Source of the DNA: Eledone cirrhosa
Lineage: Eukaryota
Reading direction: 5' to 3'
Assembly (NCBI GenBank): GCA_964016885.1
Contig: OZ024741.1
Location: forward strand, 388,678,001 to 388,742,000
DNA: 64,000 nt
The notes beneath the pieces are model-generated. The model was not told the DNA's origin, made no database searches, and saw only the letters and a list, made by a program, of their open reading frames with translations. The translations under genes and the position numbers were made by a program. Below are positions 13,612-24,447 of this stretch, piece after piece. How positions within the stretch are numbered: position 1 is the stretch's first letter; each line of letters opens with the position of its first letter.

Positions 13612-14098
13612 TTTTTTTCAAAGAAATTTTTGGATAATAATAAAAGTTAAAATTTTGGGCACAAGGCCCCAATCTTTTTGGGTGTCCTTTTCGGAAAACA
13701 ATGTATGTGTGCTTATAAACAGTTTACAATAAAATTTTCCATAAATGGCAATTTTTAAACAAACGGAAATAACAAACCTTTGCGGAGCTCACGATAATAC
13801 GATTTCCTACGTAGGTCGCCAATAATAATAATAATAATGATTTCTTTATTAACCACAAGGGTTTACATAAAGTAGACATTAAGGACAGTGCAGGACAATG
13901 CAGGACGGTACAAATGGGCATTTCTGCGTGTAAAAAACAAAAACAGAGGATGTAACAAAAATAACAATGAAAATAACAATGAAAAATTCCCCAATAGGGG
14001 GGAGACTTCGGAGGGACATTTGTGGAGAAAGCCAGTAAAAAGCCACAATGACCCTGACCACCAAGGCAAGTGCCCACTCCCAGTTTTCCACCTTTAAT

Positions 14099-17000
14099 TT
14101 ACAGATATATACTCAGAGTAGGCCCATTCACTCGGGCCATTCTTGCTTCTCTCACCCATCTTTCAACAAAATGCTGGGAAGAGAGCACTTCCCTCTCTAC
14201 TCTGATTTTCCTTTTCAAATGAAATTTGAAAAAGTCAATCAGAGCATCACCGAAGAGGTAAGTGCTCGTCTTCAGCCCTTTCAAACGTGTCCACCATACT
14301 ATCTCTTTCACCATGGCCACCAGGCAGATAAAAACTGCCTGCCCTTCCAGGCTAAAGGAAGGGGGCGGGGCAATCCTCACGATGGACTCAGCTGATAGCC
14401 GGATCCGTCCTACACGTGACAGCAGGTGTTCGACATAAACCCACAAGTCAGCAATGCTCGGACACTGGACGAGTGCGTGCAGGACGGTTTCGTCGCCCTG
14501 CGCGCATCTCGGACATGCCCGGCTGACGGCACCTCCATTCCTGTAGAGTTTATCCCGAACTGGCAAAGCTCCTCGGTAGCACTGCCAGGCCAGGGATTTC
14601 TGGAAGTTGTCCATAGGCCCCGGCCCGAAAGTCCTTCCGAAGAGATTGGCTAGTTGATTTTTGTCGACGCCTAGAGTTTCTCCAAGTACGTCGTCGCTCT
14701 TCCCCTCCACTAATCCCCTATAGAACGCCAAGGTGGAGTTTCCACCGATCACATTGCCCGATTGGTCGAGGGCTGTGAGCGCCTGAAGACATTCCAGTCT
14801 CCAAGCGCTCCCTCTCGGTCTTCGCTTGACCCAGGACTGCAGCTCCGTCAAGGAGACGAGCTGGGGAAAAACGCGTCTTGCAAACGGCGACCACACCTGA
14901 TCACCGTCGAGGAAGAGGTGGAGATGTCGTAGCCTGAGCGCGTGTCTGCGCATCATCAGCCACGGCATACCCAGCCCTCCACGTAGCGGGTGTTGACAGC
15001 AGATGGACCGCCTGACCATCGGAGCGCGTCCCTTCCACAAGAAGCGAAAGAGCAAACGCTCCAGCGCAGTCAGGCGGGGCTTAGGACAAGGTACGACGGT
15101 CAGGCGGTAGTAGATGACGGATGCGATGTACGCATTCGCCACCTCCGCTCGACCTTTCAGGGATAGCTTCCTCTCCGCCCATTTCTGGGTGAGAGAAGCC
15201 ACCCTGCTCGTCACCTCGTCCCAGTTTTTGTCCGTCTGGAGGTCTGGACCGAACCAGACCCCTAGCAATTTAACCGGTCCGTCCTTCCAGCGCCCGACGA
15301 CGCTGTTGGACGGCATGGACCTGCCTCTCCAGGTGCCGAGCTGCAGGCCCACTGACTTTTCCTGGTTGATCATTGCTCCTGTCACCGCTTCGTATTCTTT
15401 TAGTGTAGTACCGATCGCCTCGATGTGTTTGGCGTTCGACACCACTACGGTGACATCGTCGGCATATGCTGACACGGATCTTCCGCATCCTAGTTCGCGC
15501 GGGACCCCCCTCAACGTCTCCAGTTTGTGCAGTAATGGCTCGAGAGTCAATACGTACAATAGGGACGAGAGGGGACATCCTTGGCGGACCGAGCGCATGA
15601 TGTTGAACGGTTCCGAAAGGTGACCGTTCACTCTCACTACAGAGCAGATGTCGCTGTGCATGGCAGCGATCCAGCCTCTGAAGACGGGCCCAAAGCCAGC
15701 CGCCCTCAGGACTGCCGTTAGGTAACGATGGTCGACCCTATCGAAGGCTTTCGACTGATCTAAATTGATCAAAGACCCACCCGTGCCAGGTTCCCTAGCT
15801 ACCCTCTCTACGATGTATCGCATGAGGTGGAGGTTGTCGTGGATGGATCTGTCGGGAATGGCGCATGTCTGCGCCTCTCCCACCAGACCACCAACGACAA
15901 GCGCCAACCTCTTTGCTAGCACCTTGGCCAAAATCTTGAACTCTGTGTTTAGCAGAGTTATGGGCCTAAAATTATCTATGTTATCCCCCTTGTTCGGATC
16001 CTTTCTCAGCAGCGCCACCGCTCCTCGGCTCACAGAGCTGGGAATTCTCCCGTTCTGTTGCCAGTTGCAGTAGACGTCCGCCAAGAGGCCTCCGAACAAG
16101 TTTGGCATTTGTACGTAAAGTTCATAGGGGAGACCATCCAAACCAGGCGATTTACCCCTTGTGCAACTAGTCATTGCATCCCGTACTTCAGCGGTTGTTA
16201 TCGGCTTTTCGCAACACTCCGCCTCAGTGGCCGAAAGCCGCGGCAGTCCGTCGAGGTAGACACTAAAGTCCATCCCTCGATCCGGCCCGCCACTGCCCCC
16301 GAACAGTTGAGCGAAGTGTCGCTGAAAAGCTTCACACATTTGCCCGGGATCGAGTAGCATGCGCCCGTCGTGGTCCACCAAAGACCGGATCGTGGCTTTG
16401 TTTCCACGACGCGCCTCCGCCACTCGGGCCCATTGAACGGCGTTCGTCCCCTCGTGTCTGAGAGCACGCACCCTAGCTCTGACAACGCAGCCTTTGTGCT
16501 TTGCATTGAAGAATTGGTCAAGGGCCAATTTCGCCGCAAGTACGTCGGTCGCGATGCCTTTGCTAAGCGCCTCATCTAATTTTCTAACTAATTCTCCCTC
16601 TGCTCTATTTTTCTCTATTGCTAAAGTCTTACTAAACCTAATGGACTCTATTCTAATTGCTCTTTTCAGAGCAAACCACCACTTGTTGTTGACGATGGCC
16701 CCCGTCAACGCCCGCTTAACTAGTTCGCTAATCCGGTCTCTGTAGGCCTTGCGCGCTGGTAAGGACGCGTTTAGCTTCCAATAGCCGGGTCCTCGTCTAT
16801 GAAGCCTATCTAAGTCAAGCACACAGATCACGAATTTGTGGTCCGTGTAGCTGACTATCTTGAATTGTGGACAGCCTATGCTAGACCTATCTATTTCCCT
16901 ACAAAATACTCTATCTAGATATGATCTGGATGACCCTATGCGATTTGTCCAAGTCCACATTGGTACATTCGGGAAATCCATTCGGTACCTGTCAGACAGT

Positions 17001-17518
17001 TCAAAACGTCTGAGCAGGTTGGTGAGACTCTTGCACCCTCCTTCCCTATCCACTAATCCCACACAATCTCAGCGTGCATCTAAGATCCCGTTCCAGTCGC
17101 CCACTAACACTAAAGAGCGGGACGTTCCAAGAAAGGTCTCCAGACGCCGGAAGAAATCAGGCCGCCCTGCTCCTGTCGGGGCATAGACGGCCACTAACCT
17201 GAAAGCTTGCCCGTCTCCGCTGGTCACGTCCAGCACCACCAACTTACCTTCTGGGTCCAGGAAGATGGCCCGTATGGCAAGATCCAAACCTCTCCGAAAA
17301 AGCACAGCAACTCCTCCCCCCGATCCCGGACGGCTGGGAGATGCGTACACATCGTAGCCGCCGAAGATCGGTGCGAAAGCCTGTGCTTCGGAGATTCTGG
17401 TCTCGCTGATGGCCACTACATCCATGTTTAGTGACCTGAGGTCGTTGAGCAGGTGGCCCTGCTTCCATGACGACCCCAAGCCACGCGCATTTATGCTGCC
17501 TATTCTGAGTGAGGTCAT
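14099..17518 (-). pseudogene. Tx1 ORF2 (APE-RT-CCHC) with a single in-frame stop; YADD intact
   Basis: ORFs 17069-17518 and 14099-17062 are in the same frame, separated by TGG->TGA at 17069-17071. Near-identical to copy B ORF2. Confidence 0.92.
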
Positions 17519-17553
17519 GTTTAAAATAGAGTGGAAAAGATAGGAAAGACCAC

Positions 17554-19639
17554 TTACCGTACTTTTCGTAGAGGAGGGATGGTTTTTACATCCCTTTTCA
17601 CTTGATCGTCTGGTGAAGGGACCGTTGAATCGTCCCTTCGGCTGGTCATCGGCTCTTCTATGAGTATGTCCGAATATACTCTTCGGTTGATAGTTCCTCC
17701 TAGGTCTCTGAAATCACCAACTGCGTTGGGGAATTTCGTTTTAATGTTTGTGTATTGTTTCTGTGCTATTTTTAGCAGTCTTATGTTAGTTGGCGTTTTG
17801 ATTGGTGCTGGTATTATGTAGTCGTGTTGTGAAATGTCTGTGTGTTCAATTATGTAAGTCATTAGTTTCTTGTTGTATGTATTTATTGCCGTGCATTTGT
17901 TTTTCTGGGGGTGGGGTGTGGTTCTGCTATTTTCTTGTCGTTTTTGCTGGGTGTGTGTGTTTTGTTGTTGTGTTTGCGATGTTGGTGCTTGTGGTGGTGG
18001 TGTTGAAGGTGTTGTTGTTGTTGGCGGTGGGGTTGTCGCCGGTGGTGATGGTGGTGCTAGTGTGGGTGGTGATGGTGTTGGTGGTGTTGCTGCTGTGAGT
18101 CTCTTTGCAGTAGACTTTACCCTTTTTTCATTTCTTTCCTCCCTTTTCAAAGGCGACGATGCGCTGCTTCTGCGTTTGTGCCTTCTTACGACCTTTTGCC
18201 ATCCCTCTCCCACCTCACACTCCATGTCTGATTCTGTGAGGTCGGGGAGGGGTACCAGCTCCACTCTTTCACTTGTTGTTGTTGGTGATGTTTGCACTGG
18301 AGTCTCTGTTGCAGCTGCATTTGGTATTGATGTTGTTGTTGTTGTTAATACTTCCACTGCTGCTGCTGTTTTTGATTTCCGTGGCGTGGGTATGGGTGCC
18401 ACGGACCTATCGTTCCTGGTTGCCGCTTGTCCTGTTGCTGGTAGCCGTGGAGCCGGTTTCGGAAGGGGGGAGGTTTTCTCCTTTCTCAGGGTCTTCTCGT
18501 TGCAGAAGGCCCTGAGGTGAGTCTTCGATCCACAGCGAAAGCATTTCGGGCGTTCGCCCTCAACACTTATGGGCAGTTGAGTGCCGTTATCGAAGTCTAT
18601 CACATCCGGGATAGCTTCGATGCACTCCTGGTTGGTTTGGATTAACATCTCAATGGAGGTGCCGACCCAATCTTCTCTTACTTTTTTCTGTACTTGCAGT
18701 ACAGTCAGTTGTTTTGTCCTCGATTCCGACGAGGACAGACGCGGCCAGCCAAGAAGGGGCCATCCCGGGGGGGGGGGTCAGTTTGACCCTCACAATTTTT
18801 TGCCCGCAGTAGGAGGGCACCAACACCATTTCCTCGCTCCTTAGGGTCACTACGGATTGAGCCTTTGCCTCCTGGGGTGTGGCAAAAAGTACGTCTACGG
18901 TGGCATATTTCTTGCCTCGGGTGATGTGTGTTTTCCGCTGCCACACAGACCCCAAGGCTTTTTGTATTTGAGCCTCTGTGGCTCTTTCCACCCTACGGGA
19001 TTTTGTACTTACTGTACGGTACGTGACCGTACAGTGCTGTTGTGTTTCGAAAATTTTTTCCGCTGCCTTGCAGATTGCTCGGTGTCCAGTTTTTGTCACC
19101 ATCTTCTTCGCTTCCTCTAATTCCTCATTTGTTATGAGGATTGTTTCCAGGTTCTTCGCGATACCTGCAAACGAGATTGGTTTTTCTTTGCTGCTGTTGT
19201 TGTTGTTGTTGTCGTCAGAGCTGCTGTTACTTTTGTTGTTGCTGCAGGTACTACGACTACTGCCGCCGCCGCTGTTGCTGTGGTTGTTGTTGTTGTTGCT
19301 GCTGCTAATGCTGTTGTTGTTTATGCTGCTGCTGATGCTGTTGCGGCTGCTACTGTTGTTTTCATTGTCACTGTTGCTGTTGTTATTACGGCTGCTACTG
19401 CTATTATTCCTGACGTCAGACGAATGAAATGGGTTTTCGTATTTCCCGCACACCTGTTTCGTCGTCGTTGTCGTCGTGGAGAAATCTTGCACGCTTTGCA
19501 CGAGACTTTTCTTTTCTGTCGTCGCTTGCGAAAGAGAAGGGAGGGAGAGAGACAATCTTCTTTCTGCTGTAGTGACGATTGAGGAAGAAGAAGACGGAAT
19601 GAGTGGGAGTGACCTATGAAAATTCTTTTTCGTAGCCAT
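17554..19639 (-). pseudogene. Tx1 ORF1 type II, one frameshift at about 18710
   Basis: ATG at 19639 (MATKKN...), knuckle CFRCGSKTHLRAFC. Homologous to ORF1 of A/B but strongly diverged. Confidence 0.85.
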
Positions 19640-19858
19640 GTTGTTTTTTTTTTTGTTTAAAATAAATATTGGGCACAAAACCCCAATAAGCAGTTATTTA
19701 ACCCCGAAGCGCCAAATAACGGGCAGAAAGACCCCTCTCACGAGGAGGAGGGTGTTTTTGTCTACAAGTTGGTCAAAGTTTTAAACAATTTACAATTGTT
19801 TTAGCGTTCAAAATTTACAATACCTTACAGAGCCGAGCCTCCGTCAACCATAGCATTC

Positions 19859-19912
<54 letters not shown>

Positions 19913-19923
19913 AATAAATAAAA
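19859..19923. repeat. (AAT)14 followed by an A-run
   Basis: Direct reading. Confidence 0.95.
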
Positions 19924-22900
19924 TGGCTATAAATGGAAGAAACCCCCCCCCCCCCTCCTCTCCTCTGGCTACACTATATAGGACAGCGAAACTCACCAAC
20001 ACCAGAAACTAGATACACCACCCACCCCATCATCTGTGTACACTAAACACAACAGCATTTTCACCTTCACCGCCACCGCTCACTACGGCCATCATTACCA
20101 CCACTATCCCATCACCGCCGCCACCACCCCTTGACTCCTTCACTGCTGCTGCCACCGCTACAGCACCATCACTACAGTAATACGGTCGCATCACCGCCAC
20201 CACTGCCTCGGTATCGACATCACCACCACCACTGTCTCAGTATCGCCAACGCCGCCAGTCTCTGCTGGCTGCCACTTCCACATTATAGAATTCCTACTAC
20301 TAACAAAGAGGAAGGCATCAAAATATATAGATAGACTCAAAAGAAAAAAGAAAAAACAAACAACAAAAGCAGCACAGCAACAACAGCAAAAAACGAGAAA
20401 AACAAACAGAGAAAAACAAAAACAAAAAAAGAAACCCCAAAAACGTAAAGAAAATAAGAATGAAGAGAGAAGCAGGCGGGCGGACAGAGAAGAGGGGGGA
20501 AAAAGTAAAACTTAAAAAACAAAAACTAAGTCAGACATTCGAATACTACATTACAATGAAACTTATGCTTATTCATTTTTGGGGCCCTTTCTGCCCGTGT
20601 GTTTGTTTGTTTATGTGTGTCCGTATACAGCGTGGTGATAATGCCACACAAGGGCCAAGTGGGATGGCGGATCCACAGATGGCTATGTAAACATACATTC
20701 GCCAATCCTCGATAAGAGTGTTTAGATATCGAACATAAACAGTTCGAATAACGGTGAAATGGAGACTAGAACGTCATGTGACAGACTCTCACCCAACAGG
20801 TGCCCCCTGGCTCAGCAGCAGGAACCTGACTGTCAACCAAATACTGCTGATGTTGGAGGAAGAAGAAGAAGGAAAGGGGCCAGAACCAACTGGACGAAAG
20901 AATTGAATAGAACTGTTATGCAATGCTACCTGAAAAGTAACCCCAAGGAGAGGGGCTACAGGAGACGGATGCATAACATCTGGAACGAGATTGGTTTATT
21001 TAAATTAGATGAACAAAAATTGGCCGGGCAGGCTCGGGTAATAAGAACTAATGGGTGGATAAGCGAGCTGGAACTGGAGGAACTGAGCAGAGAGAATGGC
21101 TTGGAGATGGCGGGTGTAGTATGCCAGACAAGCGAGCCGGCGGGAAATGAAGGTGAGGAGGTCCTGAGAACGGAGGAACCACCCGAAGCAGACAATGATC
21201 TGAATACTGAGATAAATAATACCTGGAACAGAGATACGGCCACTGAGGAGATGAATGCTGACGGGCTAGGACAAGATTCGGTTGACATCCTAAATTTAGT
21301 GGTAGATGAGTTGAACAATGATAGTGGGAGACCTATGAACCTAAGATTTGTAGACAGGAAAAAGTTAAAAGAAACAACAGCTAAGGTAAACAAAGTCATC
21401 CCATACCTTGAGGCGAGGAGTCTTCACCAGTGCAACAATATCCTCAAAGCAACAGCAAATACGGTGAGGAAACTACTTGGTATAAAAGCGAGAGGAAACA
21501 ACAGACAAGAAAGAGCAGAGCCGTGGTGGAAGAAGCGACTGAGTGGGCAAATCGGGGAAATGAGAAATGACATAGGAAAGCTTGAGTCACTACTGAATGG
21601 GACACTAAAAAACATAGGCACTAAAAATAGACTGGAAATAAAATACAAAACTAGGAGGAAAAAGCTAAATATTATCATAGAGGAATTGAAGCAACGCATT
21701 GTAGCAAAGAGTGCCAAAATCAGGCGATACGAGAACAGAGTCAGTCAGTATAAACAGAACCGCATGTTCGACAACAACCAGAAGATGCTGTTTGGACAGC
21801 TTGAGGGGAAAGAAAGAGGCAACGACTTGATCCCTGGGGCGGAACAAGCTAAAACATTTTGGAGAGGAATATGGGAGCAGGATGTTAGACACAATGCCCA
21901 GGCAGGGTGGATTGAGACAGTACAGAGGGAGATCGGTGAGCAGGCACAGCAACAGACTGATTTGAGTATCACAGTTGAAACTCTTAAGGGGCAAGCCAAA
22001 AAACTAACCAACTGGAAATCACCAGGCCCAGATGGTGTGCAGGGGTATTGGATTAAACATTTAACATCCCTCCACCCGAAGCTGACGGCCATGTTCAATG
22101 ACTGCTTGGTGTCGGGTGAGGTGCCAGAGTGGTTGACAAAAGGTACCACAGTTCTGATAATGAAAGACCGAATCAAGGGTAATGATGTTACCAACTATAG
22201 ACCTATTACATGTCTGCCCGTAATGTGGAAACTGTTGACGAGCATTGTGTCTGAGGAAATCTACCATCACCTCCACACAAACAACTTGTTGCCGGACGAA
22301 CAGAAAGGATGCCGAAAGAAGTCACGTGGTACAAAGGACCAGTTGCTTATTGATAAGATGGTAATGGGGAATTGCAGGAGGAGACACACTGATCTTGCCA
22401 TGGGATGGATAGACTACAGAAAGGCATTTGACATGGTGCCTCATTCCTGGATCACCAAAAGCCTGGAGATCTTCAGGGTGGCAGATAACATCAGACAGTT
22501 GCTGGGCAGGAGTATGGGGTCCTGGGAGACAGAGTTGACATCAACTGGAGTATCCTTGGGAAGCGTGAAGATCAAGAGAGGTATCTTCCAGGGAGATAGC
22601 CTGTCCCCTCTGTTGTTTGTCCTTGCCCTGATGCCTTTGACCATTATGCTGCGAAAAGTGAGAGCAGGATACAAGTTGGGAAGGGGAGAGCTTACCATCA
22701 ATCACCTCCTCTTCATGGACGATCTTAAGCTCTTCGGGAAAAGTGAGAAGGAGTTGGATGTGCTTGTTGACACTGTCCGTATTTTCAGCAGTGATATATG
22801 TATGCAGTTTGGTATTGGTAAATGTGGAGTCATTGTGATGAGGAGGGGTAGGTTGAGCAGAAGTAACGGGATCCAGATACCAACAGGTGAGATGATAAAG

Positions 22901-24222
22901 GAAATTGACTCTGAGGAAGGATACAAGTATTTGGGCGTTCTGGAGGCTGATGGCATAAAGAACAAAAAAATGAAGGAATTGTTAAGAACTGAATACATTC
23001 GGAGAGTAAGGAGCGTATTGAAGTCACATCTGAACAGCAGAAATGCCATAAGCGCAGTAAATTCCCGAGCTGTGTCTATTATTAGGTACAGTGCGGGAAT
23101 TCTGAGATGGAATGTTGCTGAACAAAAAGAAATGGATAGGAAGACTAGGAAGCTATTGACTATCTACATGTTCCACAAGAGGAGTGATGTCGATAGACTC
23201 TACCTAAGGAGATCTGAGGGTGGAAGAGGTCTTATCAGCATAGAGGACTGTGTTCAGATGGAGAAAAACAACCTATACAAATACGTGACCTATAGTAAGG
23301 AGCCAATGCTCAGAACTGTACTGAAGGAGGGGACAGTAGGCCAGGGGATGTCCAAGGAGGAAATAACATCAAGGAGGAAGAGCAGCCTTAAGGGAAAATC
23401 CCTTCATAGTACCTTCTTTGAGAAAACTGAATTTAGAGATCCACAGACATGGAACTGGTTGAGAAGAGGAGACCTCAAAAAGGCTACAGAAGGAATGCTA
23501 ATGGCTGCGCAGGAGCAGGCCCTCAAAACGAAGTGGTTGAAGCACCATATCTACAAGGAGGAGGCTAGCCCACTGTGCAGGATCTGTGGAGAGAGAGAGG
23601 AGACTGTGGCTCACATTGTGTCCGAGTGTAAACACCTAGCCCAGACCCACTATAAGGGCTGGAGACACGATGTGATGGGCAGGGTGATCCACTGGCACCT
23701 GTGCAAAGTAAACAATCTACCACATGCTGAGAAATGGTATGAGCATAGGCCAGAGGCGGTGATGGAGAACAGTCAGGTGAAGGTGCTGTGGGATTTTAGG
23801 ATACAGACGGAAAAAAAACTGGAACACAATAGACCTGACCTGGTGGTTGTGGACAAAGAAAAAAGATCGTGCCTGATTGTGGATGTGGCCTGCCCGTTCG
23901 ACACGAGAGTGCAAGAGAAGGAGAGGGAGAAAATTAACCGATACCAGGACCTAAAGTGGGAGGTGAAAAGGATTTGGAACTGCCATGAAGTCAAAGTGAT
24001 CCCGATTGTCATAGGCGCACTGGGGACTATCTCCAAAGGTTTCCAGGGATGGTTAAAGAAAATCGGCCCCTTCACGCTTTTTGGAACGCTTCAAAAGGCA
24101 TGCTTGCTTGGAACAGCAAGAACCCTCCGATACGTCCTGAATATCTGAGGCTGCAGGTAGTGGCTTGATATTCAATCCAACGGACTTTCCAGTTAACCAA
24201 CATCAATGACTGAGATTCAAGG
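19924..24222 (+). mobile_element. Full-length, apparently intact R4/Dong-like non-LTR retrotransposon (copy D)
   Basis: About 0.83-kb 5'UTR, a single uninterrupted ORF, a 74-nt 3'UTR and an (AAT)n tail. The exact 5' start is approximate. Confidence 0.92.
20759..24148 (+). CDS. Dong/R4-type polyprotein, 1129 aa: N-terminal domain, reverse transcriptase, CCHC zinc finger, restriction-like endonuclease
   Basis: KSPGPDG, YRPITCL, DYRKAFD, GIFQGDSLSP, LLFMDD, YKYLG, CRICGEREETVAHIVSEC, RPDLVVVD...IVDVACP...EKINRY. Confidence 0.95.
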   Translation: METRTSCDRLSPNRCPLAQQQEPDCQPNTADVGGRRRRKGARTNWTKELNRTVMQCYLKSNPKERGYRRRMHNIWNEIGLFKLDEQKLAGQARVIRTNGWISELELEELSRENGLEMAGVVCQTSEPAGNEGEEVLRTEEPPEADNDLNTEINNTWNRDTATEEMNADGLGQDSVDILNLVVDELNNDSGRPMNLRFVDRKKLKETTAKVNKVIPYLEARSLHQCNNILKATANTVRKLLGIKARGNNRQERAEPWWKKRLSGQIGEMRNDIGKLESLLNGTLKNIGTKNRLEIKYKTRRKKLNIIIEELKQRIVAKSAKIRRYENRVSQYKQNRMFDNNQKMLFGQLEGKERGNDLIPGAEQAKTFWRGIWEQDVRHNAQAGWIETVQREIGEQAQQQTDLSITVETLKGQAKKLTNWKSPGPDGVQGYWIKHLTSLHPKLTAMFNDCLVSGEVPEWLTKGTTVLIMKDRIKGNDVTNYRPITCLPVMWKLLTSIVSEEIYHHLHTNNLLPDEQKGCRKKSRGTKDQLLIDKMVMGNCRRRHTDLAMGWIDYRKAFDMVPHSWITKSLEIFRVADNIRQLLGRSMGSWETELTSTGVSLGSVKIKRGIFQGDSLSPLLFVLALMPLTIMLRKVRAGYKLGRGELTINHLLFMDDLKLFGKSEKELDVLVDTVRIFSSDICMQFGIGKCGVIVMRRGRLSRSNGIQIPTGEMIKEIDSEEGYKYLGVLEADGIKNKKMKELLRTEYIRRVRSVLKSHLNSRNAISAVNSRAVSIIRYSAGILRWNVAEQKEMDRKTRKLLTIYMFHKRSDVDRLYLRRSEGGRGLISIEDCVQMEKNNLYKYVTYSKEPMLRTVLKEGTVGQGMSKEEITSRRKSSLKGKSLHSTFFEKTEFRDPQTWNWLRRGDLKKATEGMLMAAQEQALKTKWLKHHIYKEEASPLCRICGEREETVAHIVSECKHLAQTHYKGWRHDVMGRVIHWHLCKVNNLPHAEKWYEHRPEAVMENSQVKVLWDFRIQTEKKLEHNRPDLVVVDKEKRSCLIVDVACPFDTRVQEKEREKINRYQDLKWEVKRIWNCHEVKVIPIVIGALGTISKGFQGWLKKIGPFTLFGTLQKACLLGTARTLRYVLNI

Positions 24223-24234
24223 AATAACAATAAC

Positions 24235-24330
<96 letters not shown>

Positions 24331-24342
24331 AAGAAGAAGAAG
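24223..24342. repeat. Compound microsatellite (AAT)n(AAG)n at the right edge of the retrotransposon array
   Basis: Direct reading. Confidence 0.95.
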
Positions 24343-24447
24343 GAAACCATTGTAATAACAGTAGAGGAGGCAGAAGAAGGAGTCAATAAAACAGTTGACA
24401 AGAAGCTGGGGAGTGTTAGGAAGTAATTTTTATAACATTAATGTATA

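Larger units (their letters stand above)
7922..13820 (-). mobile_element. Full-length Tx1-clade LINE copy B (ORF1 type I + ORF2), about 5.9 kb
   Basis: Both ends abut (AAT)n. On -, the 3' end is AATAAA followed a few nt later by (ATT)n. Two-ORF architecture. Confidence 0.93.
13839..19858 (-). mobile_element. Full-length Tx1-clade LINE copy C (ORF1 type II + ORF2), about 6.0 kb, in tandem with copy B
   Basis: Separated from B by (AAT)6 at 13821-13838. Its 5' end abuts (AAT)n at 19859. Confidence 0.93.

Noticed and set aside
8236-17431. Numerous antisense ORFs over the Tx1 ORF2s (likewise over the Dong ORFs)
   Set aside because: They are shadow ORFs, duplicated only because the elements are duplicated.
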